A DNA stretch of 64,000 nt from contig JAHLTZ010000008.1 of assembly GCA_025786725.1 (NCBI GenBank), positions 496,001 to 560,000 on the forward strand. The letters are read 5' to 3'. Positions within the stretch are counted from its first letter, which is position 1. Every line of letters starts with the position of its first letter. Positions 1 to 13,353 of this stretch are shown here, in pieces. Source of the stretch: Syncephalis fuscata S228. Lineage: Eukaryota > Fungi > Zoopagomycota. Under the pieces are notes generated by a model, which saw nothing but the letters and a program-made list of their open reading frames with translations, searched no databases and had not been told where the DNA came from. A program made the position numbers and the translations under genes.

Positions 1-411
1 TGGCGATGCTTTTATCGTATTGCCAAGTAGCAAGCAATTAAACTAAATGGTTTGATTTGAATTTAAAACCGCTGTTTCAGTTAGTACTGAAAGACTGTAA
101 TGATTGGAACAAATTATTCAATACGGTAAAACCAGTGAGAATTAAGCCACTTTGAGTTAGCTTGTGAGACATGTGGCTGTTTTTCACGATGATTGCTGGC
201 CACACAGCCATATCCAGTTTTCATGGCTACAATAAGTTATTACGTAAGTTATCAATTTTCAAATGTGAGAGTCAAAGCAAAGTTCAATCCAGAGTTGTAA
301 TGATTATTTTAATTAATATGCGTAATTCAGCATACTGCCTGCTATACGAAATCAATTTCCAACGATCGCAATGAGACATTAATTGTTGTCATGTTGTCTT
401 TAGATTCGTTA

Positions 412-2268
412 CTATTCTCTGGCATTCTGTTTTCTACAGATTCTACGCGTTTCCAGTCTAGAAATATGCATAATAAAAATGATATTCCTCCCATAATAGT
501 TCCTGAATAAAATACCATGCTTAAAGCATCGGCGAATGCATGCTGTCCTTTGGCTATTATTGCTTTATCTTGCTTGTATAGTGCATAAATATTGCTGTGA
601 ATACTGGAAACAAGCTAAATTCATGTTAGAAAATAATTAGATATGTTATTACAACGTATTTACTTCTTCGGTAATATCAGGAATATATTTGTAAAGCCGA
701 CTTGTTAATACACCATTGAAAATGGTACCACAGGTTGCAACACCAATTACACTTCCAATGACACGGAAAAAGAACAACATAGAGGTTGCAGTTGCAAGAT
801 CTATTGCTTGTAAGTCATTATCACCAGCATAATACAACCGCCTACCTGACTTTCTTGCTGTAGCTTGAGCTGCAAACAAAATTGGCTGCATACTGATACC
901 AACACCAAGGCCAGCTAAAACCATATAGCCAATTTCACTTGATAATAGGCTACTTTGTGTCATACTACCCATAAGTGCGGTACCAACGGTTATGCAAATG
1001 CTACCAAGCATAATGAATGGTACGGTATATCCCGTAGCACTGATCAAAAAGCCTATAGCAATTTCGGCCATTGCTCCGCCCAATACCATTGGCAATGTTT
1101 TTAATCCTGAAATTGTTGCACTTTCTCCTCTTACTGCCTGTCGATCAGCGATGTATTAGATAGTGATTAAACATTGCATATCCACTACTTGCCTGATACC
1201 ATAGTGGCACATAGAATAATCCCACCATAAAAGCCATACCCAAAAAGAAATAAAGTATGAAGGGAATAAATACATTGCGATGATGAAATAGTTGGCGTGG
1301 CATAATAGGCTGACTTGCTAGGTAAAACTCTACAACTACAAACAGAATAGATAGTACGGCTGATACTACTAGCAAACTAATGATTATTGGCGATGACCAG
1401 GCATAAGATTGACCACCCCAGCTTAATGCCAGTAGTAGACATACAGTTGCTGCACTGACCAAAAGCGTGCCTACGTAGTCTATTTTTTTCAACTTATCGA
1501 CCATCGAGCCTTTTGGAGGCGGAAGTTTAAGCCATAGCATAATGATCAACATCGAGGCTGCTCCCAGTGGCAAATTAATGTAAAATACCCAACGCCATGA
1601 AATATGGTCGGTAAAAGCACCGCCCAAAAGCGGCCCAATCACCGAGGATATAGCAAATGTTGTTATTAAAATACCTTGGTATTTGCCACGATCTCTTAAA
1701 GACACAATTTCTATATGAGTATATTAGCATTAATGTGGTGTCTTGGTGTGAATTAAAGGCAGCTCATTAACGTACCAGATACAATAATCACACCTAACGA
1801 ATTGATGGCTCCACCACCAATTCCTGCAACGGCTCTTCCAATAATCAACATAGGCATAGATGATGCGCCACCACATATTGCACTGCCACCAAGAAAAAAG
1901 ATTACAGCAAGTAACAACAAGGATCGTCGGCCGAAAATATCCGACAGCCAACCAAATAGCGGCGAAAATATGGTACTGGTAAGTAGATAGGCTGTTGCTA
2001 TCCAAGACACTTTGTCCAGACCACCTAAGGATGATGCTACCGCTGGTGTTGCCGTTACCACAATAGTTGCGTCTAGCGAGGCCAAAAAGTATACCATGCT
2101 TACTCTAGTATGCAATATTAATATTAAGAGTGAGCCATAACCGGTTTCTTACCCTATAAATATTACTATGACTTGTTTAAATGGCAGTGGCGTTGTTTCT
2201 GTGTCATCATAACGTAAAGTAGGCGTGACTGGAGTGCTATTTCCATTATTAGTACTTATCGATGTCAT
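412..2268 (-). CDS. MFS drug:H+ antiporter, 14-TMS DHA2 (EmrB/QacA-like) family, multi-exon
   Basis: Motifs LASLDATIV, WIATAYLL, GWLSDIFGRR, GRAVAGIGGG, GPLLGGAF..WRWVFYINLP. ATG at 2268 (MTSISTNN..), spliced C-terminus ..ENRMPRE-TAG at 412. One intron near 1192-1138 uses a GC donor (gcaagt). Confidence 0.92.
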
Positions 2269-2906
2269 TATTTTGCTAGTATAAAAGGTAAAGAAATAAA
2301 TAGCGCTAGTAGGGGAGTACATAGATTATTTTTTGCTATAAAAGCAGGCCTTGTGTTTAGCAACACGTGGAAAACAATCAAATTGAAAACAAAGGCTGCG
2401 TATATTTGAGCAACACTTGGTGTTTATATCATGCTTTAATATGATCATCATTAGAAATATGGCCCAATATGAATTGCATATCTGAGTCAATATTATTTTG
2501 TGCTATTTCTCTAGTATCATTAAAATTTATTTATAAACTAATAGGATTTGTAGTAAAGTGTAGTCGCAGTGCAGTAGTTGTTAAAATATACATGATGTCG
2601 TTAGATTCAAGTCGAAACATAGTAATAAACAGTTCATTGAAATTAACGGCTAAGGAATCATTCTTTTGAGCTCATTTCACCATATCATTTACCTTTTAAA
2701 TGTCAGTATATAATGTAGCTATTGTAAAGTCCAAAAGGAGATGCTGCAAACTTGAAATGGTTTTGTTTATTTATGCCATAGCGTTTGTCAACTATTAATG
2801 CCAATTTTTATCAAGTTCTAATATTTGTTTATTATCAAATCTAATAAAAATGTCTACTGCGGAGCAATATTGTAGATAGCCTGTTGCAACCACGAAATTG
2901 ACAAAT

Positions 2907-4418
2907 TCAATCGTGTTTAGACTGACAATCTTTAACGAGAAACTTTTCCAAATATTGTTGTGGTGTAGGCCGTTGTTGAGGATCACGTTTAAGTATGAAT
3001 TAAGTCGTTCTAGCATTGGTGAAAACTTATATCCATTGTATTCAACGTCCTTTGTAAATACACTCCATACATTTAGGTTAAAGTATCCGTTAGCTATCTC
3101 CTTAAGGTCGCCCTGATAGGCAGGATCGTCCAGTGGAATAGAAACGCAGCCATTAGTAGATCAGCCAAATTAGGTGTAAAGTAGAAATCTGGATGACGGG
3201 GAATATATTGAACATCTCTAAAGTACATTCTGGGTAGAACTTTTTCTGCACCTAACAAGATGGCCGGAGCTTTGTTGCGATCGCTTGAATTGTCAGCGTA
3301 CTCGCTCGAGAAAAAGCCCATAAATTTACTAAGCATAGGTGATACACGATCTCGAGGTTCGTTAGACCTATAGCCTAGTTTGTTAATTTGGCCAATTAAT
3401 TCGGCGATCTTTGCTTTAGCCTGCGCTATGGCCACTTGATTTGTGGGGATTGTACGCGATACGCCATAGAACAGCGCTGCTGCATCCCAAGTATCCTCTA
3501 GACGCGGATCCACAGCTGTTTTCTGGACCCATTCAGTCGAGTAGAGTAGGAATGGAGCTCGAGGTAGTTGTGGAACAACATTGTTTCCTCTGGATATTAA
3601 TGGTGCTGCTTGATCCGTAATACGAACAAAAATACTTGGATTATTTTTTGGCGAATTGACACAAAGCGCTGTAAAATCAATTAATATATGAATAATTGCT
3701 GACTTGTAACAACTTACTGCTAGGATTTATGCCTTTGTGAATCCATCCCGACTGATGCATAATGCTTAGACCTGAAATTTACAACTGATTAATGGTATAT
3801 ACAAAATATACAAAATTATTTACCCACCTTTCATTGTTTGATCCATAAAATTGGGCATTATTTCCGCAAGTTCTAGTCGAGACTTTTGCTTTGCGTATTC
3901 TACCAAAGTTACAGCACACTTTGCTGGTAAAGCATAGCAGAGCATTCCGTTTAATTCAAACGCATACTGAGGCCCTATTAAAGAAATACTTTTAGCCGAA
4001 CCAACGGGAGTAGAGCTCAAACGATAAAGATTCTGCAAAATAAAGATTTACAATTAGTAAACATAGCTCAATAGTATTCCAAGTTTACAAACCTGGTACA
4101 ACTTGAGTTTATCGTTTAATTTTTCGGCCCGGCTACATTCAATGCTAAACTGCTGGTCATTGATATGTCCAGTTGTAACTTGAACACCATTAACAAGCTT
4201 AAACTGCGTGTCAACTACAAGACCAGAAGGGATGGCCATTCTTGATACACCAGCAGCTATTGTTTAATTGATATCAGTTATATGCATTAGTCTCACTATT
4301 ATAACATACCATGTTGGTCATTAGATTTCTCTATACTAGCACCAGTACCATATACGGCCAAGCCAAGTACTAGGACGCCAACAATGGCAGTAAACTGGAA
4401 CTGTTTCATAAAAGTCAT
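2907..4418 (-). CDS. Secreted protein-kinase-like pseudokinase (5 exons; two apparent 1-nt deletions near 3143 and 2984)
   Basis: Signal peptide MTFMKQFQFTAIVGVLVLGLAVYGTGA. Kinase-like segments GLSIMHQSGWIHKGINPS (HRD replaced by HKG) and DPRLEDTWDAAALFY (subdomain IX), plus DPQQRPTPQQYL (subdomain XI) after frameshift correction. Confidence 0.7.
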
Positions 4419-5270
4419 GATTGGTGTTTCTTTACGATGATGCGAAATAAAGCTTCGTTTTTAAGAAAAATCAAATTAATGTAGAGTAGTTGAAAAGACA
4501 CGACGATAAGCCATTAAATAGCTTTACTGTACACTGTGACATTATTCCAGACTGTATTGCCGAATAGTTGAAAGTTGAAAGTCCGAATTTTTATTGCTTT
4601 ACTGTCTGTTCTATATTTATTTGGTCAATAATGGCTATTTAATGACTATTACTAGATAATTTCATGTGGCAAAGAAGCTATAAAATCTTTAATTGGTCAC
4701 CGAGCTTTTTAGCGATTTTACTTCGTGGTCCCTGCCAAATTTGTAGTATGCCAGATTTGATTGGGATAAACGCCGACCATCCAAAAAAATAGCATAGTTC
4801 GATCATGGGTATTTGCCAAACTTGTACCATGACGAAAATGCCTTCCTACAAAAGATGTGATTTAAACTGGCTTTCAAAACAAAGCTTCAGGAGTTACACT
4901 GATGCCATTGCTCGTTTACAGATTGAATGCTTTGCTGCAATGGTTTCACTTGTTTAGAATTTTTTCAGCATTGGGCTGATACCACATTCCCGCGTCACAC
5001 TCGTGACAATGACTTGTTTCAAATATAACCATCATCCTTGTTTAATTGCTTGAACGAATGCAAAACGTGCGGAGCTACAACTATTGAATAAATAACGTTT
5101 TGATGAGTTCAATTTCCATTTATGAAAGCTACTTGTTTCTGCTTGGTTTCCATATATGGATTTATTCTCAATTTATAATTATATATCTGAAGGACGATAG
5201 GCATTTAGTACAACTCTTTCCGTAAAGCCCATAAACTGCATTTTTTTGTCCTCTACTACTGCATCAATTC

Positions 5271-6367
5271 ATGAAGTATTCGTCTCAAAGCCGCCGGCTA
5301 AAGCAGCCACTGACACTGGTAGTCTTCTTTGGCCTTTTCCTGTTTCTAGGTATGTGGCTGGAATAATAGGTAACGTTGCTCTTATTTACACATCGACAGC
5401 AACCCAGCTGTTTAGAACACAGTACCAGAATACAAATGAAAGCGATAAAATCTTTATTGAGCCAGAACGGCCACTAAGACTACTAGACTTTGACAAGCTG
5501 CATAATGAAAACACCACGCTGATCCTTACACCATTGAAGAATGCTGCACGTCATTTGGATGCTTATTTTGAAAATCTCAATCGGCTTGATTTCCCAAAAC
5601 AGAAATTGTCATTGGGTTTTTTGGTGGGCGATTCAAACGATGGCACCTATGAAAAGTTGATGGCACATGTAGAACCAATTAAACACATGTATCAGCGCAT
5701 AACTGTGCTGCGCAAAGATTTCCCTGAAGATCCTTCTGCCCCGCGAAGCGGCATAGAACGCCATGCCTTTGAGGCGCAGGGTCCAAGACGTAAATTAATG
5801 GCCAAAAGTCGGAACTTTCTTCTTTCTGCGCTCGAGGACGAACAATGGATAGTGTGGTGGGATGTGGATGTTATTCAGTTTCCTACCAACATTATTCAAC
5901 AGCTGATTCGACATGACAAAGACGTGCTGGCCACCAATTGCTATTGTAAAATGCCAAATGGCTCGGAAATGGCCTATGATAACAATGCTTGGCATGAAAC
6001 ACCTCAAAGCAGAGAATGGATGGCCACTCGTGATCCAAACGAACTTTTTGTAGAAGGTAAGAACTTAACGGCATGCATTGTTGATGATGCTAATTAAACG
6101 ACATTTTTAGGTTATTATGACAAAATATGGACGAGGCGTATGCCACTAGCATCTTATCGAGACTATCCCAACTTTCCAATTGTCGAGTTGGACGGAGTAG
6201 GTGCCACGTTTCTCATGGTGAAAGCGGATGTTCATCGTGCAGGCGTCAATTTTCCTGCCTTTGTACTCGATCATCAAGTGGAAACAGAAGGACTTGCCAA
6301 AATGGCAAAGAAGGTTGGATTTAAAGTATGGGGGCTTCCTCAGCTTATCGTCTACCACCCTTGTTGA
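5271..6367 (+). CDS. Anp1/Mnn9/Van1-family (GT62) Golgi mannosyltransferase, paralog 1
   Basis: ATG 5271 gives type II anchor MKYSSQSRRLKQPLTLVVFFGLFLFL followed by an intron. Motifs ILTPLKNA, LGFLVGDS.D.T, WWDVDV (DxD), YDNNAW, LDGVG, ETEGLAKMA. Confidence 0.92.
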
Positions 6368-6559
6368 TTTGCAGTGTATTTTACTTATTTGAACAACTTA
6401 ATATAAAGCGTTTTTTCTTTTTCTAGGTAATCTTTATTTAATTATTCCAAAATTGCAGGCAATAAAGAATTATTAACATAATCCATGTGTGCTATAGCAT
6501 TTTTGCCATTGTTCTATTTCGATATCATTTCTTTATAGCATTATAAGCGTTTATTTAAG

Positions 6560-7020
6560 GTGAATTACCAAATATATCGTTTATTGGCTTTCTTTTTTCT
6601 TTTTTTGATAGCCATTCCATTAGTAGTTTGTATTTGCTTTTCAATAAAAACCTTTATTTTAACATTATTAATACTAATTTTACATAGCATATTCTTGTAA
6701 TGTATTTTTTATTAAATTAATATTAAAGCATTTAATTAAACTACTTCTATTTTCTTCTTTAGTTACTTGGTTAAAACTACATCATTTTTTTTATTAAATC
6801 AAAACCAGACCAAGTTTTGTAATAAAATAATAGCATCTGTTGAGCTATTACAATTATTAATGTGTATTAAATAATTAAATACGTACTTTTACTTGTACAT
6901 TTGAGGATTTTACATTTGAGGATTTAGTAACATTATTTACAATTGTCAACAAGCCTAGACTTATCAACGGCAATCCTAAGTTCTTTGATACTGATAAACA
7001 TGGCTCCTTCAAATAATTTT
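6560..7020 (-). mobile_element. Degenerate non-autonomous repeat related to the 3' end of the MULE-like element at 63.4-64 kb
   Basis: Colinear similarity to 30630-31270. Shares the block gatag..ttcattagtagtttgtatttg.ttttcaataaa with 63475-63520. Confidence 0.6.
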
Positions 7021-8099
7021 AAAAACAACAATTAAATAGAATTTAACGCCTTATTATTTACTAAAATAATCAATGGTTAGAATAAAGTGCTTAAAATCTA
7101 GATTTTATATGAAATAAATAAACTGTAAAGCGCTGTTGTGTTGATTACACCTAAACGTCATAGTAACTGCATTAATACTTATGTGCATCATTCCTCAATA
7201 GTAATGAATAGAACGTAAGCTAAAATATAAATTGGCTATTCAATTCAGTTTTATACAGAGCTAATTTTTATATATTGACATACATAGAATAATTAGCAAA
7301 CCGGGTAAGTTGTAGCTGTAGTTATTATTCCAGTATATTTAGGTGTACATTCGGTAGACGACAAGATTGTTTGACAACTACATCGTATAGTTTATCATAC
7401 ATCAAGATTCAGCTATTGTTTCCGGTCATTCTGCTTTCAAATCGATGGTGTGTTATACTAGCAATAAGACAATGTTCATTGCCGATCCTATTAACAGACA
7501 CGCTTATGATAATAAATACATTACACCGCTCTATAAACGCTGAATAGTACTTTAGACTTGTTTTGTTTATATCTACTATGTTATATGGATGTCATGATAA
7601 TTGCATTATATGGTGAAATGAAATGAGGGCAATGCAGCCACTGACAAGTGATTCAAGGGAGTTGTATCAATTGTATGAATCATTAAAGTATTTATTACGA
7701 TTATTCAGTGTGTGAAGATTTAGATAATTTATATTTACCAAATATGGCAATAGCAGATATTGACTACCACATTTTTCCAGCCACTGTGGTGTGATGACAA
7801 TCTATGTGGGTGCTGTTTAGTATTAGTAATCATATGCACTTTTTGGACCGAAGCATGGTATAATTAGTAACAAAGGGTTACGTAGTGCTTAGCGCCAACT
7901 ATGTAGTGCCAATGCAAAAGCGTTATGATGCTGTATTTTTGGGTATCTATTTACGAGCAGGTTTAAAGATTTCGGCATAATTACTCCGGGCCGATACAAA
8001 GTATGTGTCATAGGGCCAGAACCGTCTCACTCTTGGCAATCGATTCACGCCCACGCTAATATTTATAATGCCAATACGAAACAAAATTATTTACGATAC

Positions 8100-9727
8100 A
8101 TGTCAGTTTTATTCTCGTTTCTACTACTACAGTCGCCTCGGCTATTATACACGCCAGCCACAGTACTACGCACAGCACACGTAACTGCCGTTATTCCTAC
8201 TTGTCAGCCTCGTTTCTACGCCTCTTTAGCCAGCGTTCGTCGTTTTCCTACACCACTATCTGCCACTATGTCTACTGCACCGGCTGTCGATGCTTCTGCA
8301 CTTGTAGAAGATGTTCATAAGCAACAAACACAAGATACAGTTAAATGTCGCTCCTATTTAGGACTCGACCGTTTATCTTACTGGTTTCGCCCCACATCCG
8401 AAGAAGAGTCGCGACAAGCAGAGGCACGGCTACTATTGCGAACACCCGGTTTTGTAGCGGCCGACGATACCAGCAATGCTACAGTAGCAACAGACTCACC
8501 TCCTGCCGCTCACATTCGCTGGGTGGATATTGGAAAAGGTCAATATATTAACACACTGACCTTGGAGCCACCAAATAAGACTGAAGCGGGTGCAACAACT
8601 GAGGATACAAAAGTTTTGGTGTTGGCACACGGTTTTGGTGCAGGCTTGGCTTATTTCTACCGCAATTTTAGCGGTTTAATAAGACCAGGTTGGCGCGTTT
8701 ATGCCATCGATTGGCTAGGCATGGGTCGTAGTGCGCGTGTTGAATTTCCTAGTCATGCAGGTAAAAAATCAAAGGAAGAATACACAGACATGGTAATTAT
8801 CAGTATGTTAATGTGTATCATTAACTAATCAAACCATTAAATTATTAGGCAGAAGAGTTTTTTATTGATTCGTTAGAAAGATGGCGAAAGACTCAAGGTA
8901 TCGAAAAGATGACACTGGCGGGCCATAGTATGGGTGGATATATGTCTACCGTATACTCGCTTCGATATCCGGAACGAGTTGAACGTCTTGTTCTGATATC
9001 ACCTGGTAAATTATATACTATTGCTGCTTATTGCACCAATGCTAATATAAATTGTGTTTAATTAGTTGGCATTCCAGAACAACCATCTGAAACTGAACAA
9101 GCGGGTGCTGCTGCCGAGGCTACTGCCGGCATGGCCAATGAAGTGTCAAAAACAGTAGATCTAGTGGATGACGACACGGCCAATTCAACGAATCAACTCG
9201 ACGATCTACCACCGCCAAAACACGAGTTCCAGGGTCGTCATCCCAATGGACCGCCTCGTAAAATTCCTGGATGGGTTAGCACAATGTGGGATCGTAATTT
9301 CACACCTCAATGGTTTGTAAGAGCCATGGGCCCGTTCGGTCCTCGTCTTGTAAGCACTTATGTTCAAAATCGAATGGCACATCTTTCGGAAGAAGATCGT
9401 GCTGATCTGCAGGCCTATACCTACCATATTTCATCGGCACCCGGCAGTGGCGAATACTCATTAGCTGCAGTTCTGGCACCTGGTGCACATGCTAGACGGC
9501 CACTAAAAGACCGTCTGCCTAATATCTGCATGCCGACGACATTCATCTATGGCGACAAAGATTGGATGGATTATCGCCATGCTGTACGGGCTCAACCTCA
9601 CATGAAGGTTGAAACGGAAGTGGTGCGTATTCCTAATGGCGGTCATCATATGTATATGGAAAATCCTGAAGTATTTGCTGAAACAATGCAAACAGAAATG
9701 GAGAAAGCGGAACTAGGAACCAAATAG
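8100..9727 (+). CDS. Alpha/beta hydrolase, Cld1/Ict1/ABHD4-5 family (cardiolipin deacylase-like), 3 exons
   Basis: [34 protein letters not shown] nucleophile elbow in exon 2, [18 protein letters not shown]. Basic/hydroxylated N-terminus resembling a mitochondrial presequence. Confidence 0.88.
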
Positions 9728-9994
9728 CTAAATGAACTACTTGTATAACAAATAAATAAATTATATCATAATGACTGATGTTATATTATTGAATATTGGT
9801 ATCGATCATCATGCTACATAAATATCATAAGATGAATATGGTTTAGGATGCGTTATATAGCAAGGTACGCATATTGTTTATTGTAGAAAAATAATTACGT
9901 TTTACAATTAATTGAGCATAAGGACCAAGTATAATGTTAGTTATTTATTTAGTTATTTATTTATTTCATTCTTATTACAGTAATATCAAATCAT

Positions 9995-10120
9995 TAGATT
10001 ATAGTATGATTTGGGTGCCAAATGACTTTTGTTGATAACATTCGCGTAATTGAACTACACATTCAATCTATTGAACATGATGGTAAGTGGTGAGGTAACA
10101 TCAGTCATCAAAATAATTAA
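9995..10120. repeat. Dispersed ~150-bp repeat, copy 1
   Basis: caaatgact...attcaatctattgaacatgatgg...gtggtgag.taacatca matches 29130-29205 and the reverse complements at 20140, 40540 and 46890. Confidence 0.65.
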
Positions 10121-10306
10121 CATATTCTATTCTGTATTTTATGACAAAGTTTTTATTACAAAATAATGCCGTACATATCATATTTAATACCTTTTAAACT
10201 AGTACTATTATATACATCAACATTAATTAATCTAGTTTATACAACAACATTATTTATTTTTCAACATTGAAAATTAAACGGCCACTTGTAACATGAACAC
10301 AATAGA

Positions 10307-12904
10307 TTATTTCTTTTTGCCCTGGCGTTTGTTAGCAGTTGCAGTCTTGGCACTACTAGAGGTGGTATCGGCTGTCTTTAGTGCCGCAGCTTCTTCAGCC
10401 GTTAGCTCGTGCTCCTCAATGATTTCCTCAGTGGTAATGGTTTCCACAGTAATCGTTTTACCATCTTGTGTTTTGGTCGTTGTTGTTGATACTGATGAAG
10501 ATGAGTGGCTATTGTCGCTAGTGCCGCTCTTCTCTTTGCTGTCATCGCTGCTATCCTTTTTTGCTGCCGATGCACCTTCTTCATCAGCTAAACGGCCACC
10601 GCCACCACGAGCACCACTATGAATACCGCTATTCTCACCAAGTTCCAGCTCATGATTGATATCAGCAATTCGATCACGCAATGAGGAAACATCGGCCAAT
10701 TGACGTTCCAGTTCTTCAATCTCATGTTCAACCGACATTAATTCTTGCTTAGTACCAATCTGTTCGTATGTCCAGCTGCCATCGGTATCGCCTGTAAGAC
10801 GTAACAAATACTTGTGATATTTGAATAGAGATGGTCGATGCGAAATAGTCACCAATGTGATGCCACGGTCCTTGGCGTCGTTATACATTAGGCCCTCAAC
10901 ATCAGCTGATACAGCTGAAGTACACTCATCTAAAATGGCAAATTTTGGATGGTGGTAGAAGACACGCGCCATATTCATGCGCTGTTTCTCACCGCCTGAA
11001 AACACATCCTTCCAGTCTTTAATTGTTTCCCATCCACCTTCACGTGATGGAATGTAGGCTAGATGGACAATTCGAAGAATATCCAATAATCCTCATCAGT
11101 TCGACCAGCGCTAATCATATCTTGATGTGTATGTGGATAGATAACCTGATCACGCAATGAGCCCAATGAAAGGTATGGTCGTTGCGGTACATAGAAGATA
11201 TCATTGGCGGCTGGTCGTTCAAGTATACCGCGATAGGCTGGCCATAAACCGCTAATAATACGTGCAATACCTGTCTTGCCAACACCATTAGGGCCGGTAA
11301 TTAGCAAGTGATCACCTGGATGGACTTCAAATGTCATGTCCGATACAAGTAAATCACCATCTCGTGCAGTTGGTGCAATGACTGGTACTTGATCAAATCG
11401 TAGCAAATCATTGCCAGAAAGAACTTGTCCATTGGCACGTCCATCAACGTACGATGATTCACCGCGACGAAGAGCATGCAATACGGATATTAAGTTGTAC
11501 ACACGAGATGTACGACCGGCCAATTCGGCCAATTCTTTGTACGAATAAAGAATGCGACCACCAGCATCGGCCAATGATGTCATTAGACTAATAAAAATAT
11601 CATTAATTTAATTGTCATATTGCATGCTAGTCTACTAATTACCGTTTGTTTGTAATAAAGCCTTGGGTACGACTGCCTGCTCGCTTGCCATCATCTTCGG
11701 TGGTGGCACCGGCACCACGTGCTGATACTTCACTCTTACCACCACGACCTGCCCATTCCGGATAGAAGACGGGCAGCGCATTGATACATAGGCCAAAGGC
11801 CGACCAGCAGTATTTAATAACGAAATCTTCAAACATATTATAGGCAATACGAATTTTGAATACATGATTGATATGACGAATAAGTCGAGTATAAGTGCGT
11901 TTAAGAATAGACTTTTCAAGATCGGCTCCGTTATAAAAAGCAATCTCTTCAGCATTGGTGATAAGGCGCGAGTGAGCTGATCGATAATCTCCCTAATATA
12001 ATACTATAATTAGTCAACTATTCAGTATTAATGTGTAGTAAATTACCTCTAGTTTTGCCTCAATAGCCGCCAATTTACCAAAAGGTGGAGTGGCAGCTCG
12101 AATAATACGAGCTGTAATGAGGTAATTAATAAACATACCAACCGTACCGTAGAAACCAATGCCTTGGATCAGTTGGTAGTTAAAGATTAGCATATCCAAT
12201 ATGGGCTTGCCCATATTCGAGTAAAGTGATGCTAAATTATCGCAAAATCGTGCTACATCCGTTGTAATATACTGATCGGCATCTTCGACACGGCCATCAA
12301 GATTGCCGATGCGGTAGTATGAAATCGACTTATCGAGGTAAAGATCATGTGCGTAGCGCGTTAAGCGAGTTCGGAAAGCAATGGATAACTTTGATTGCAA
12401 GTAGCGAATCATGCTATTTGTATAGACGGCCGGGACAGCAATAGCAAACCACCAGCCGAGACCACGCATGAAACTCTTACCGTCGGCCGATACAATACTG
12501 CGCACAATCGAGCCGTCTAGCTTGGCTACAACGACCGATAACCAGGTACGCAACACCAAGAATGCCGAGTGCAGTAGAATGATTAGTACTTCTTTCGAGC
12601 GAATACGCGGCACGAGAATAAGGAAGAGCGCCTTAAGCTGGCGGAAGAATTCACGATCGACCGCGACGCGTTGTTTGGCCGCCGGCACTGGAATCGTTGG
12701 AAAGGCCGAGGCATGTGTATCAAATACTCGATCTGGAATACGTGCAGGCGGTGTAAATGTCTTTGACTGGACGGAGCGTTTACGTTGGAACCGGCCTGCT
12801 TGTCGGACGAGTAGCGCAGCAACAACGCTAATAAGGACGCTAGACGACCCGACCGTCAATGCATTACGATGGGAGGATGCGGCCAGCTTTGATAGAACCG
12901 TCAT
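10307..12904 (-). CDS. PXA1: Peroxisomal half ABC transporter (ABCD family), 1-nt deletion near 11088
   Basis: EAA-like motif FYNGADLE, FEDFVIKYCWSAFG, LADAGGRILYSYKELAELAG, Walker A GPNGVGKT, signature FSGGEKQR, Walker B AILDECTSAVS. Confidence 0.92.
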
Positions 12905-13353
12905 GCTGGACTAATGCACAAGGTGCTGGCGACGTCGACAGTGTCGCAGAGCAATAAACAAGGTAGCGCCTCGTATGTATCAAAGAGGCAAAGGTAGGCA
13001 CTGCAAGAATATGTTGGCCACTGTCCACAGTAAGATAACAATAGCTAGAGAAGACAAAAGGCCGTGTAGAGGTAAAAGGAAGCGTAGAAAAAATGGTAAA
13101 GGATACTAAACGACAATAGTATTGAATTAGAACATCAATCAGTAATAAACAATGATTTTTATTAATACGCTACTGGTATTATTACTATTTACTATAACAC
13201 CTTCATTGATAGCTAATTAGTTTATAATGGCGTGGTGCGTGTATGTGAAATTCATTCTGCGGCTGAAATAGCCGAATCTGAAACATCGGCTTGCTTGATT
13301 GCCGGCCAGGAAGTAAGTAGAATCATAAGGGAGCACGTGATTTTATTAAGGAA

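Noticed and set aside
10293-10622. Hydrophobic or long antisense ORFs (also 12468-12914, 14219-14602, 20341-20625, 36605-36946, 47248-47592)
   Set aside because: Shadows of real genes on the opposite strand.
11059-11100. Programmed ribosomal frameshifting in PXA1 and other genes
   Set aside because: No shared slippery heptamer. The pattern fits consensus indel errors better.
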